Positions 52,572-62,769 of a DNA stretch of 64,000 nt are shown in pieces. The stretch comes from Polyangiales bacterium (lineage in GTDB: Bacteria; Myxococcota_A; Polyangia; Polyangiales; Ga0077539), in contig JBGARZ010000001.1 in the NCBI GenBank assembly GCA_044229975.1, positions 128,001 through 192,000 on the forward strand. The letters are read 5' to 3'. The first letter of the stretch is position 1, and every line of letters begins with the position of its first letter. Under the pieces are notes generated by a model. The model was not told the origin of the DNA. It made no database searches and saw only the letters and a list, made by a program, of their open reading frames with translations. Both the position numbers and the translations under genes were made by a program.

Positions 52572-53942
52572 TCACTCGATCGCGATCTCATCCGGGGAGG
52601 GCGCGCGCACGGGAGGGCGCGGCGATCGGCGCGGCGGGGCAGCGATGCGGGGCGGCGGGGCGGGCACCGGCGCCGGGGGGGACGCGTGCGGAGCGGCCGG
52701 GATGACCACGAACTCACGCATGGCAGCGGGGGGCGCGGGCGGCAACGTCGCCTCCGACGTCGAGGCGTGCAGCGTCGCCCGGCGCGCGGTGGTCGGTGCC
52801 CCGCGGTGCCGCGCGACCAACGCCCCGGCGGCCAGCGCGAAGAGCGCAACGAGCGCGGCGGCGGCGGCGACGGCGCGGCGGAGACCGTTGCGGACGGGAC
52901 GCGTCGTCGCCGTGGGTGTGGGCCGAACGACTGCCACGGGATCGCGCTGCGCGACCGCCGGCCCCGACGGCCGCCACGTCTCGTCGAGGGGCGGCGCCGA
53001 CGGGCGATCGGCCGCGGCCTCCCAGGCTCTCTGCGCGTCGTCGAGCGTCGCGTCGAGGGCGCTCAAGAGCTCCGAGGCGTGGGCGTGGCGCGCGGTCGGG
53101 TCGATGGACAGCGCGCGGGCGAGGACCAGCTCCCACGGGCCGACTTCGACGCAGAAGGTGCCCGGCGTCGGACGGACTGGCGCGCTGATGGCGGCGAAGA
53201 GCTCGATGGTGGTGCGGCCCCGGTACGCGCGCTCGCCGACGAGCGCCTCCACGAGCAGCAGCGCGAGGGCGTGCACGTCCGTCCACGGCCCGGTGCGGAG
53301 GCGGCCCACCTGCTCGGGCGCCGCGTGCGAGAGCGAGAACGCCGACGTCGCGTCGCCCGTGCGCTCGGTGGGGTTCGGCGCGGCCTCGTCGGCGCGCAGG
53401 GCCTTCGCGACGCCGAAGTCGAGCACCTTCGTCGCCGACACCCCGCGGCGAGGAACCGTCACCATGATGTTGGCGGGCTTGAGGTCGCGGTGGACGACGC
53501 CTGCCTCGTGGGCGCTCGCGATGGCGTCGAACACCGGGCGCAGGAGCTCGAAGGCCTCGCGGGGGCCGTGCCGTCGGTTCGCCCGCGCGCGGAGCGATGT
53601 CTCCAGCGTCGCGCCGTCGAGCCACTCCATCACCATGAACGGGTGCGCGCGCCCCTCGATGGGCGTCACGCCGACGTCGAGCGCCCGCACGATCGCAGGG
53701 TGCTGCAGCGCAGCCACCAGCCGCGCCTCCTTCTCGAAGGCCTCGGCGAACTGTTCGCGCAGCGCGTCCCCAGGCGCCTCGTGGACGGCGAGCACCTTGA
53801 TCGCGACGGGACAGCCCAGCGCAGGGTGGGTGCTCCGATAGACCGCACCGTAGCCGCCGCGCGCGACGAAGGACTCCAGCTTGAAACGCGCGTCCAGCGT
53901 CGTCCCCGCGAGGCCCTCGATGCCGTGGTCGTCGTCGCTCAC
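52572..53942 (-). CDS. Ser/Thr protein kinase with TM segment
   Basis: GGYGAVY, VAIK, HRDLKPANI, DFG, APE and DVHAL. Start uncertain (GTG 53942 or TTG 53972). Confidence 0.93.
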   Translation of the reverse strand: MSDDDHGIEGLAGTTLDARFKLESFVARGGYGAVYRSTHPALGCPVAIKVLAVHEAPGDALREQFAEAFEKEARLVAALQHPAIVRALDVGVTPIEGRAHPFMVMEWLDGATLETSLRARANRRHGPREAFELLRPVFDAIASAHEAGVVHRDLKPANIMVTVPRRGVSATKVLDFGVAKALRADEAAPNPTERTGDATSAFSLSHAAPEQVGRLRTGPWTDVHALALLLVEALVGERAYRGRTTIELFAAISAPVRPTPGTFCVEVGPWELVLARALSIDPTARHAHASELLSALDATLDDAQRAWEAAADRPSAPPLDETWRPSGPAVAQRDPVAVVRPTPTATTRPVRNGLRRAVAAAAALVALFALAAGALVARHRGAPTTARRATLHASTSEATLPPAPPAAMREFVVIPAAPHASPPAPVPAPPPRIAAPPRRSPRPPVRAPSPDEIAIE

Positions 53943-54015
53943 CCGGGAGCGCGATGATCCATCACCAGCCAACCACCCGCAACCTCTCCTGATTCGACAC
54001 CAGCCGCCTGCGGGC

Positions 54016-55269
54016 TCACCGCGGCAGCAGCGTCGTCACGGGCGTCGCCTGGTCGTCGTTGGTGCCCGAGCCGAGCTGCCCGTCGGTTCCGCTTCCCCAG
54101 CAGCGCACGCGTCCGTCGGCCAGGGCCACGCAGGTGTGCGTGTTGCCCGCGGCCGCCAACACCACGCTGCCTCCGATGCCCTCGACGACGGTGGGCATCA
54201 GGCGGCGGCGGGTGGACCCGTCGCCGAGCTGTCCGCGCGAGTTGGCGCCCCAGCACTGGAGCCCGCCGCCGTCGCTCCACGCGCAGGTGTGCTGGTCGCC
54301 GACGCTGACGCCGAGCACGGAGTCGCCGACGATGGGCACGCGCGTCGGGCGCGTCCGTTGGACGAGCGTCCCGTCCCCGACGCCCCCGTCGGCGTTGTAG
54401 CCCCAACACCACAGCTCACCGCCTTCCAGCCGCGCGCAGGTGTGGTTCGACCGCGAGCTGATGGCGGTCGCGCCGCGCGCGAGCTCGACTGGCACGGGCA
54501 GGGTGCGGTTGATGACCGTCCCATCGCCCAGCGCGCCGAACATGTTGAGGCCCCAGCAGCGCACGCCACCGCCCTCCAGGCGCGCGCAGGTGTGGTACTG
54601 GCCCGCGATGATGTCGACGGCCGGGCCGTCGAGGCTGCGCACCTCCGCCGGCATCGTCCGCAGGAGGTAGGACCCGTCGCCGATGGCGCCCTGCGGGTTG
54701 TTGCCCCAGCACCAGACGCTGCCTCCCTCCACGAGCGCGCAGGTGTGTTCACCTCCCGCGGCCACGGCCACCGCGGGGCGGCCGAGCCCGACGACTGCGA
54801 CCGTCCCGCTCGACACCTCGCGGTTGCCGCTGCCCAACTGTGCGTTGGCGTTGTCTCCCCAGCAGCGCACGGTGCCCTGCACGACCGCGCACGCGTGCGA
54901 GAAGCCCGCGGCGATGGCCGTGGCGCCTCCGCCGAGGTCGCGCACGGCCACCGGGATCGCGCGCGAGGTGCGCGTCCCGTCGCCGAGCTGGCCAAAGGCG
55001 TTGGAGCCCCAGCACCAGACGGTCCCGTCACAACGGAGGGCGCAGGTGAAGTCGTAGTAGCCGCTGACGAGCGCCCGCACCGGGACGCCCACGCACGACC
55101 GCACCGACGCCTCCGGGGCGACGTCGGCGACCGCGTCCACGACGGAGGCATCGACGGAGGCGTCGATGGGAGCGCACCGCGGTCCCACGCAGGCGTCGAC
55201 GGGCGGAACCCACCCATCCGTCACGCACGACGCGAGCGCGAGCAGCCACGTCGACGCAAGCGCGCGCAC
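54016..55269 (-). CDS. RCC1-repeat lipoprotein
   Basis: Lipobox LASC; seven HTCA..G...CWG.N..GQLG.G repeats. Confidence 0.9.
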   Translation of the reverse strand: MRALASTWLLALASCVTDGWVPPVDACVGPRCAPIDASVDASVVDAVADVAPEASVRSCVGVPVRALVSGYYDFTCALRCDGTVWCWGSNAFGQLGDGTRTSRAIPVAVRDLGGGATAIAAGFSHACAVVQGTVRCWGDNANAQLGSGNREVSSGTVAVVGLGRPAVAVAAGGEHTCALVEGGSVWCWGNNPQGAIGDGSYLLRTMPAEVRSLDGPAVDIIAGQYHTCARLEGGGVRCWGLNMFGALGDGTVINRTLPVPVELARGATAISSRSNHTCARLEGGELWCWGYNADGGVGDGTLVQRTRPTRVPIVGDSVLGVSVGDQHTCAWSDGGGLQCWGANSRGQLGDGSTRRRLMPTVVEGIGGSVVLAAAGNTHTCVALADGRVRCWGSGTDGQLGSGTNDDQATPVTTLLPR

Positions 55270-55384
55270 GGCGTTTGGCCCACGAAGCGCAGCGGCGGAG
55301 GGTGCGGGCGCGCGCACGTCCCGAGCGTACACGTCCGCGAGCGTCGTGGGCGTCCAATCGCGGCTCGCCCTGACGCCGATCCCG

Positions 55385-56368
55385 TCACGGCCGCCAGGGG
55401 AGACGCGTCGGTCGCGCGACGCCCGGCCGCAGCAGCGTCACGCCCCCCTCATCGATGGCCTGCACCGTGGCGCGCGCGAGGCGATCGCCCACCGTCACGA
55501 GCCACGCCTGGCGCCCGAGCGTCATCACGGCGCCGCGCGCCTGCGTCCCCGGAAGGTACGCGCGCGCCACCGGCAGCGTCCCCGCGGGGAGAGCCGCGCC
55601 GAGTTCGAGCGCTCCGTCACATCGGGTCGGCCAGACGTCTGCACCGAGGTCGCGCGTCGTCGCACGGGCGAGCGGCCACGAGAGCGTCGCCTGGAGTCCA
55701 CCACCCTGCGGCTCGACGCGCACCGTGATGAGCTCGCGCAGCCCAGGCGACACCACCATCAGCGCGAGCGTCTCGCCCAACATGGACTCGTTGTCGGCGC
55801 GCACCGTGAGGTCGAGGGTGCGTTCGGTCTCTTGCGCGGAGACGAGGCACACCCCGTTCGCCACGCGCGAGAGCGCCCGCAGCGGCTGAGCCCGCGAGAG
55901 CGCCACGGGGGTCGTCGCGGCCTCCTCGCGCCAGCCCACCACCACCCGCGATCGGATGCGTCCGGCGTGCTCCACGCGGTCGCTCGCGCAGGCGAGGTGC
56001 GCGTCCGCTGTGACCGCCGCGCACACAGACGTGGCCGTCGTCTCGCGCGCGCTGGACTGCAACAGCAGCACCCAGGTGACGCGGTCATCGTGGCGCGTCG
56101 GTGCGCCGGGCAGCGGCAGGTCGCCCGACGCACGCGACACCGCCCGCAGCGCCGCAACCGGAACCCACGGAGCGTCGAGCGCCGCGACGGGCGTCAGCGC
56201 AGAGAGAGCTTCGGTGACGGTGACGAGCGCGTCGGGTGGTGCCGGCGCAACGGGCGGCGTCACCACGGGCGGTGGCGCGGCGGCGGGCGGTGCGGGTGCT
56301 GGAGGGGGAGAGGTTGCCTGACAGGACAGAGCGAGCAGCGCGACCGAGGTGATCGCGCGTCGTCGCAT
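55385..56368 (-). CDS. Hypothetical lipoprotein with PilN-like and PilP/GspC-like segments
   Basis: Lipobox LALSC; LSRVANGVCL......LDL...A.N....E.L......P.L; C-terminal AV......WLVTVGDRL..ATV.AI..GGVTL. Confidence 0.6.
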   Translation of the reverse strand: MRRRAITSVALLALSCQATSPPPAPAPPAAAPPPVVTPPVAPAPPDALVTVTEALSALTPVAALDAPWVPVAALRAVSRASGDLPLPGAPTRHDDRVTWVLLLQSSARETTATSVCAAVTADAHLACASDRVEHAGRIRSRVVVGWREEAATTPVALSRAQPLRALSRVANGVCLVSAQETERTLDLTVRADNESMLGETLALMVVSPGLRELITVRVEPQGGGLQATLSWPLARATTRDLGADVWPTRCDGALELGAALPAGTLPVARAYLPGTQARGAVMTLGRQAWLVTVGDRLARATVQAIDEGGVTLLRPGVARPTRLPWRP

Positions 56369-58728
56369 CAGTTGGCGGCGGGGCGCGCGGCCGGGGCGGC
56401 GGCGCCCGTGCGGGTCAGGTGGAACTCCACGCGACGGTTGGCCGTACGGCCCACCGCGGTGAGGTTGGGGCGCACCGGGCGGGTCTGGCCGAAGCCGCGC
56501 GCGGTGAGCTTGTCGGCCGGGACGCCGAGCCGGATGAGGGTCTCGCGGACGGCCTCGGCGCGGCTCTGCGAGAGGGTCATGTTGCTCGCCGGAACGCCGA
56601 CGTTGTCGGTGTGGCCCTGGATCTCCACAGCGGTGATCTCGGGGTGGCGGTTGATGGTGTCGGCGATCTCTTCCAGGAGGGTGTTGGAGTCCGGGAGGAT
56701 GGCCGACGAGTTGGTCTGGAAGTGCACCTGCCGCATGATGGTGAGCAGGTTGCCGCGGATCGCGACGGACGCGCGCACCGGGCGGCGGGTCACGGTGATC
56801 TCGACCGCGCGGCTGGTGCGCGGCTCGACGGTCGCCTGCGTGGCGGCCGAGCCCATGTGACGGTCGCTCGACTCGACGCGCACGTTGTACGGGCCCGCGA
56901 GGAGCTCGTCGACGGTGGCGCGGCCCTGCTCGTCGGTGGTGACGGTGCGGTCGGTGGGCGCCTGCTGGCCGTTGGGCACGTTGAGGCCCGGCGCCGGCGA
57001 GATGACCACGTTGGCGTTGGCGACGGCCGCCGCGCCCTGCGACGAGACGACGTGGATGGCGAGCCCGCCGCGGCGGGGCTGCGCGCGGAGCTCACACGAG
57101 GCAGTGACCTCGGGGTCGGCGTTGGGCGCCGGAGCGGTCGAGCCCTCGGGCGCAGGCGCCGGGGCGGGCACGGTGAAGGTGCACTCGCCGGCGTTGTACT
57201 CGGGCGCCGTCACCTGGAGGCGGTACTCGCCCGGAGCGAGGTGACCCGAGCGGAAGCGACCGTCGGCCGCCGTCGCGAGGATGTGCAGGTCGGGGTGACC
57301 GGCGAAGTTGACGATCGCCCCGGGGATGCCCGCGTGGCTCTCGGCGTCGCGCACGGTGCCGAGGACGTGGCCGCCCGGCGGGGTGCGATCGACGTCGCGG
57401 TTGACCACACGCTCCGGCCCAGGGACCTCCACGCGCTCGACCGGCGGATGGATGTCGTAGGCGAAGGACGCGCCGAGGAAGAAGGTCCACGGGGTCGTCG
57501 GAGCGAGCTCGCGGACGAAGTTGGAGCTCCCGCTCGTGGCGATGTCGACGGCGAGCATGGCGGCGAGGCCGCGCACCGGCGGCAGCACGCGCGCGCCGAT
57601 GGTGAAGCGCGACGGCATCGCCGCGAAGCCCTCGCGGGCGAGGCAGGCGTCGTCATCGCCCGCGCCGCCGGGGCCCGACATGCCGGAGCCCGGCTCGAAG
57701 CACGAGTAGCTCTGACGGTTGACCGGGATGCCGACCGACCATTCGAGGAAGGGGCGCACCCACGGAAGCTCGACTTCGGCCGCGAGGTTGATGCCGAACT
57801 GGTCGACGCGGTTGATGCCGAGAGCGTTGCGCTCGATGCGCGACACTTCGAGGAAGCAGGTCGGGTCGATCGCACCCGACGCACAGCGCGCGGCGTCGTA
57901 GCCGGGCTGCGCGGCGCGGCGGCGCTCTTCGGTCTGCGACACGATCGCCGAGCTGTTGTCGAGGTAGTAGTGCGCGTTGACGTGGAAGCGCAGCGGGACG
58001 CTGGTGCGGAACTCGCGCAGATCGACGGTGCTGAGCACGCCGAAGTCAGCGCTGGTGGAGTCACCGAGCAGGCCGATGTCGCCGGAGCGGTTGAGCAGAT
58101 AGAGCGACGCGTAGCCGCCGACGTAGAGGCCACGCCAGACGCGCGCGGCGCCCTTCACACCGAGGGTGGTGTCGCCGAGCACCTGGAAGAGCGCGGGGCG
58201 CTCGCGGTCGTTGCTGTTGGCGTACGCGCGGATCGACGCGAAGATTTCGAGGAAGTCGAGGGGCGAGTACGAGAGCGTCGCGGTGCCGCCGACGTGCTGG
58301 GCCGAGTCGGTGCCGACGGTGGACGTTCCGGCGAGCGTCGGGGGGCGGAGAAACTCCGAGCCGCCGTAGTACTCACCGATGAGCCCGAAGCGGAACGACC
58401 CCGCCCCGCCGGTCTGCGCCGCGCGGGTGTGGAGCAGGCCGATGGAGCCGTCGAGGGACGAGAAGCGCGGCAGGATGCGCGTGCGACGGGCCTCGTCGGT
58501 CTCCGGCGTGCCGGGCTCTTCGGACGCGGCGGCAGGCGGCGGCGTGGCGGTGTCTTGCGTGGTGCCCGCGGCGGGCGCCGGCTCCTCGTCCTCCTCCTCG
58601 TCGTCACCCTCCTCGTCGCTCGCAGCGGCCGGGCGACCACCCGAGGGCGGGGTCTGCGCGAACGCCACGACGGGCAGGGCCATCGCCTGCGCCACGAGGA
58701 TCAAAGCCAGCCATCGAGAGTGCCGCAT
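56368..58728 (-). CDS. OmpA-family outer-membrane protein (beta-barrel + carboxypeptidase-regulatory-like Ig domains + OmpA C-domain)
   Basis: Signal; SD AGAGGAG; G.VRDAE...I.GA.V; VHFQTNS, EIQGHTD, NMTLSQSRA and NRRVEF. Confidence 0.9.
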   Translation of the reverse strand: MRHSRWLALILVAQAMALPVVAFAQTPPSGGRPAAASDEEGDDEEEDEEPAPAAGTTQDTATPPPAAASEEPGTPETDEARRTRILPRFSSLDGSIGLLHTRAAQTGGAGSFRFGLIGEYYGGSEFLRPPTLAGTSTVGTDSAQHVGGTATLSYSPLDFLEIFASIRAYANSNDRERPALFQVLGDTTLGVKGAARVWRGLYVGGYASLYLLNRSGDIGLLGDSTSADFGVLSTVDLREFRTSVPLRFHVNAHYYLDNSSAIVSQTEERRRAAQPGYDAARCASGAIDPTCFLEVSRIERNALGINRVDQFGINLAAEVELPWVRPFLEWSVGIPVNRQSYSCFEPGSGMSGPGGAGDDDACLAREGFAAMPSRFTIGARVLPPVRGLAAMLAVDIATSGSSNFVRELAPTTPWTFFLGASFAYDIHPPVERVEVPGPERVVNRDVDRTPPGGHVLGTVRDAESHAGIPGAIVNFAGHPDLHILATAADGRFRSGHLAPGEYRLQVTAPEYNAGECTFTVPAPAPAPEGSTAPAPNADPEVTASCELRAQPRRGGLAIHVVSSQGAAAVANANVVISPAPGLNVPNGQQAPTDRTVTTDEQGRATVDELLAGPYNVRVESSDRHMGSAATQATVEPRTSRAVEITVTRRPVRASVAIRGNLLTIMRQVHFQTNSSAILPDSNTLLEEIADTINRHPEITAVEIQGHTDNVGVPASNMTLSQSRAEAVRETLIRLGVPADKLTARGFGQTRPVRPNLTAVGRTANRRVEFHLTRTGAAAPAARPAAN

Positions 58729-58882
58729 CGTCGTGTCTCCTCTACCTACTTAAGCTCTGCGCTGAGCCCACCACCGCCTTCGCGGCGGCGCGGTCATACC
58801 ATCGGGATTCTCGAAACGTCCAGACTCGGGATGGAGCGCTTCAGGCTGTGGAACCAAGCCCGCGGCACACGCGAGACACCCC

Positions 58883-59146
58883 TCAGCCGCGCGTCATCGG
58901 CTGGAGCGACAGCTCGCCGCCATCGCCCGCCACGAGCTGATCGACCCGCTTCTCCGCCGCGTCGAGCCTGCGCTGCCCGGCGCGCGTCAAGCGCACGCCC
59001 TCCTCGAAGACCCGCAGCGACTCCTCCAGCGGGAGGTCTCCCTTCTCCAGGAGCCCCACCACCTCTTCGAGTCGCTTGAGGATCGCCTCCAGCGGCATCG
59101 ACTCCTCCGCCACCACCGTCGTCCCCTCGGGCGCTTGCGCTTCCAT
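58883..59146 (-). CDS. xseB: Exodeoxyribonuclease VII small subunit
   Basis: LE..L.RLEEVV..LE.GDLPLEESL..FEEGV.L......L..AE..V..L. Confidence 0.92.
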   Translation of the reverse strand: MEAQAPEGTTVVAEESMPLEAILKRLEEVVGLLEKGDLPLEESLRVFEEGVRLTRAGQRRLDAAEKRVDQLVAGDGGELSLQPMTRG

Positions 59147-59181
59147 TGGCCACGGGGAATGACACCGGGGCGAGGTTGGGG

Positions 59182-60429
59182 TCAAGGTTCCGCCGCGAGC
59201 GTGGGATCGCGGGCGATGGCCGCCGCGAGCGACAGTCCGTCGAGCATCGCCGCGCTCCACGCCACCACCGTCGCCGCCTCGATCGCCCTCAGCGCGTTGA
59301 CGCCGCGACGCCGCGCCAGCGCCATCGCCGCGGTGACCCGAACCTCACCGTCCACGTCAGTCAACAGTCGACGCTCCAGCGCAGCGACGCTCTCTCCCAC
59401 TAGCAACCCAACCGATGGCCCCGTCGGTCGGACTGTTACCCTGCCTTCGAGCGCCGCGAGCGCATCGACCGCGGCCGCCCGATCACCCGGGTCAGTGTCC
59501 TGGAGGTACCGTCGCACGGCGGGCAGAGCCTCTCGATGGCCCAGGCGCGCGACAGCGCCGAGCGCAGACGCGCGGGTCAGCGGGTCGTCAATGAGGGCGA
59601 CGAGGTCTTCTGTCGCCACGCCGCCGAGGTCTCCGAGGGCGGCCGTGGCCTGTCGGCGAAGCTCCCTTTCGGGCGCGCCTCGCGCCATCGCCACCAGCGC
59701 CGGCACCGCCTCCACGAGGCGCAATGACCGCGCCGCCCACACCGCCGACGCCCGGTGGATGCGGCGATTCTGTTGGGGGGCGCGGGTGAGCTCCGCGACG
59801 ATGGCCGCGGCGGCCGAGGGGTCACCCCGTCGCGCGAGAATCCTCCAGCTCAGGGGCTCGTCCAGGGGGTGGCCCTCAAGGCTCACGTCGGGCCGGCGCG
59901 CGAGGGCGTCGAGCGACACGGCCGCGCGGTCGTCGTCGGGGACGACGAAGGCCTCCTGCCCGGCGCCCTGGCGGAGCAGCGCGGTGAGGCCGAAGGCGTG
60001 CAGCGACGCGAGGGCGATGGGCGGAGCGGCGTTGCTGAGGTTCAGCGAGTCGATGCGGGCGCCGAGCAGGGACGGATCTCGTCCGACCGGGAGCGCGAGC
60101 GCGGTGAGCGCCGTGAGCCGCGCCTCCAGGTCGGCCTCTCGCGTGAGAAACGAGAGCAGCGCCTCATCCTGGGCGAATCGCTCGGTCTCGGAGACGCCCG
60201 GGGAGTCGGTGAGACGCGAGCGCAGGAGCGCGTAGGCACCCCCGCGGCGCACGGAGAGGTCGGCGCTGCGGAGGCGTGCGGTGGGGTCGGCGCGGGCGAT
60301 GCGCCACGGCTCATCTAGCGGGTCAGCGAGGCCGGTGGCATCGTCGAGGGCGAGCGCCGCGACGAGCGGCGCCGCGATGGCGTACCATCGAAGCGATCGC
60401 AGACCGGAAGAGCTCGATCGATCACCCAT
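59182..60429 (-). CDS. HEAT-repeat protein
   Basis: Repeated helices (AVPALV, RRQATAALG, D.DP..R.AA..AL, VR..AA.AL); N-terminal hydrophobic segment. Confidence 0.72.
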   Translation of the reverse strand: MGDRSSSSGLRSLRWYAIAAPLVAALALDDATGLADPLDEPWRIARADPTARLRSADLSVRRGGAYALLRSRLTDSPGVSETERFAQDEALLSFLTREADLEARLTALTALALPVGRDPSLLGARIDSLNLSNAAPPIALASLHAFGLTALLRQGAGQEAFVVPDDDRAAVSLDALARRPDVSLEGHPLDEPLSWRILARRGDPSAAAAIVAELTRAPQQNRRIHRASAVWAARSLRLVEAVPALVAMARGAPERELRRQATAALGDLGGVATEDLVALIDDPLTRASALGAVARLGHREALPAVRRYLQDTDPGDRAAAVDALAALEGRVTVRPTGPSVGLLVGESVAALERRLLTDVDGEVRVTAAMALARRRGVNALRAIEAATVVAWSAAMLDGLSLAAAIARDPTLAAEP

Positions 60430-60490
60430 CACGAGACGATTGAACCTGTCGCGGGCCCCGATGGCCACCCCATAGAGCGTTCGACCCTGC

Positions 60491-61918
60491 ATGCGCATCT
60501 GCCCCACCTGCCAGCGCAGCTACCACGAAGGCACCAGTCGGTGCCCCGATGATGGCCGTCGACTGCTGACCGTGGCGGCCTTCGAGCGCGCGATGGAAGA
60601 CCCGCTCATCGGCACGGTGCTGGCTGACCGCTACGAGATCATCGACCGCCTCGGGGTCGGCGGGATGGGCACCGTGTACCGCGCCGAGCAGCGGGCCCTC
60701 GGCCGTGACGTCGCGGTCAAGGTGCTGCGCCGCGAGCTCGGTCGTGACCCCGACACGGTCGCGCGCTTTCATCGTGAGGCGCTCGCGCTCTCCAACCTGC
60801 GCCACCCCAACACCGTCGCCGTGCTCGACTTCGGGCAGACCACCGACGGGCTGCTCTTCCTCGTGATGGAGGTGCTGGAGGGCGAGATGCTCTCGACGCG
60901 CCTGCGACGCGACGGCGCCCTCCCGGTGTCCGAGGCGCTACGCATCACGACGGGCATGCTCCGCTCGCTCGGCGAGGCGCACCGGGCGGGGATCGTTCAT
61001 CGCGACCTGAAGCCCGACAACATCTTCCTGGCGCGTGTCGACGCCCACGCCGACGCCGATGAGCTCGTGAAGGTGGTGGACTTCGGCGTCGCGAAGATTC
61101 GCCCCGGCGCCAACGACGCGCCCATCGACCCCGTCGCCACCCAGGAGGGAACGGTCTTCGGAACACCCCGGTACATGTCCCCCGAGCAGGCCCAGGGGCG
61201 CACCCTCGACGGCCGCAGCGACCTCTACGCGGTCGGCGTGATGCTCTTCCAGATGCTGACGGGAACGGTTCCGTTTGGGGAGGACGACGCGGTGGTGGTG
61301 ATGGCCCACCACATCACCACGCCCGCGCCGCGTGTGCTCGACGTCGCGCCCGAGTCGGGCGTCCACTCCGAGCTCGATGACCTCGTCGCCAGCGCGCTCA
61401 AGAAGCGCCCCGCCGATCGCCCGGAGTCCGCCGAAGCCTTCCTGCGCGCCATCGAGGCGCTGCCCGTGGAGGGCGCGCGCGCCGGCATCACCAGCGGGCC
61501 CTTCGCAGGCACCGTCCGCGCCCCGATGGTGACCGCGACCCGCGCCGCGACGGCCCTCGCGCTCGCGCTCGCGCTCGGCATCGCCGGGTTCGCCACCCTC
61601 TCGCAACGCCGCAACGCCGCCCGCCCTCGCCCGGTCGCTGCGCGCACGACCACCCTCGCGCGACCCACGCCTCCACCGGCACCGGTTGCGCCCGCGCCTG
61701 CGGCGATGGTCCCCGGGCCTGCGGCGCTCGCCGCTCCGAGCGACTCGCCCGAACCCATCGAGGTCGCCGTCGCGCCGATCGAGGTCAACGTCGACGACCC
61801 GCCGCGTCGCTCGCATCACCGGTCGCGACGCCACCGCTCGTCGCAGACCCCGACGGCCTCGTCCGCTCCGACCTCGCCCGCGTCCGCCTCGCGCGGCCCG
61901 TATCCCCGCTGGGACTGA
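60491..61918 (+). CDS. Ser/Thr protein kinase with N-terminal zinc-ribbon-like motif and TM segment
   Basis: CPTC..CPDDG; LGVGGMGTVY, VAVK, HRDLKPDN, DFG and GTPRYMSPEQ. Confidence 0.95.
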   Translation: MRICPTCQRSYHEGTSRCPDDGRRLLTVAAFERAMEDPLIGTVLADRYEIIDRLGVGGMGTVYRAEQRALGRDVAVKVLRRELGRDPDTVARFHREALALSNLRHPNTVAVLDFGQTTDGLLFLVMEVLEGEMLSTRLRRDGALPVSEALRITTGMLRSLGEAHRAGIVHRDLKPDNIFLARVDAHADADELVKVVDFGVAKIRPGANDAPIDPVATQEGTVFGTPRYMSPEQAQGRTLDGRSDLYAVGVMLFQMLTGTVPFGEDDAVVVMAHHITTPAPRVLDVAPESGVHSELDDLVASALKKRPADRPESAEAFLRAIEALPVEGARAGITSGPFAGTVRAPMVTATRAATALALALALGIAGFATLSQRRNAARPRPVAARTTTLARPTPPPAPVAPAPAAMVPGPAALAAPSDSPEPIEVAVAPIEVNVDDPPRRSHHRSRRHRSSQTPTASSAPTSPASASRGPYPRWD

Positions 61919-61927
61919 ACCTTCAGG

Positions 61928-62545
61928 TCAGACCGCGCGCGCTGCCCTCGCCACCACCTCGCGGGTGCTCGCCCCGACGAAGGCAGGCAGCGCGATCGCG
62001 CGCCGCTCGAACACCTCGATCTCACCGAGCAGCTCGTGGTCGCGCCAGCCCGCGTGCACGAGGCCCGCGCGGCGCAGGATCTTCACCGACGCCGTGTGCC
62101 ACGCGAAGGTCGACGCCGTCACCGCACGCACACCCGACTGCGCGAGCGCCCACTCGACCATCGCGCACGTCGCCTCGGCGCCGTAGCCCATGCCCTGCGA
62201 GCTCGGCTCCACGCCGTAGGCGACCTCCACCGAGCCGTCGTCGTCGGGCGCTCCGTGAAACACCACGCTGCCGACGATGGTGCGCTCGCCCGCAGGCGTG
62301 GTCGCGATCATCAGCCGGTCGCCCCACAGTCGGAGCGAGGGGTCGGCGCGGATGCGCTCCATCGACGCGCTGAACGCCCGCTCGATGAGCGCCCTCCCCG
62401 GCCACTTCCCCGGAAACCTCGCCCCCGCGATGCGCTCGACCTCTTCGCAGTGGTCGGCCATCACCGCCTCGACCAGGTCGAGCGTGATCGGAACCAGTTC
62501 CAGGCGGGGGGTTCGCAACACCTGCATCAGCGTCGAATCAGTCAT
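61928..62545 (-). CDS. GNAT (RimJ/RimL-type) acetyltransferase
   Basis: L.T.RL.L; EVAY....QGMGYGAEA; AS..IL..AG. Confidence 0.88.
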   Translation of the reverse strand: MTDSTLMQVLRTPRLELVPITLDLVEAVMADHCEEVERIAGARFPGKWPGRALIERAFSASMERIRADPSLRLWGDRLMIATTPAGERTIVGSVVFHGAPDDDGSVEVAYGVEPSSQGMGYGAEATCAMVEWALAQSGVRAVTASTFAWHTASVKILRRAGLVHAGWRDHELLGEIEVFERRAIALPAFVGASTREVVARAARAV

Positions 62546-62769
62546 GGGGACACCCTCTGCATTCCGCGTTCTCGCGGTGGAGGCCTCCGTCCAGAGGGCT
62601 CCCACCACGCGCGTCAACGGTCGTTCGATCACCCGGCGAACGCCACTGTTCTACGGTCTTTGTGGGACCGCAACGACGCGGCGCGTGACGGAACCGATGG
62701 CGCAACGCGGCAGTGAAGCGCGCGACGCGGTGCGAAGCGCGGGGTGCCACCCCAGGGTGTCAGGCGGGC

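Noticed and set aside
56368..58728. OmpA protein as TraB of the TraAB outer-membrane-exchange system
   Set aside because: It lacks thrombospondin type-3 repeats and there is no adjacent traA-like gene.
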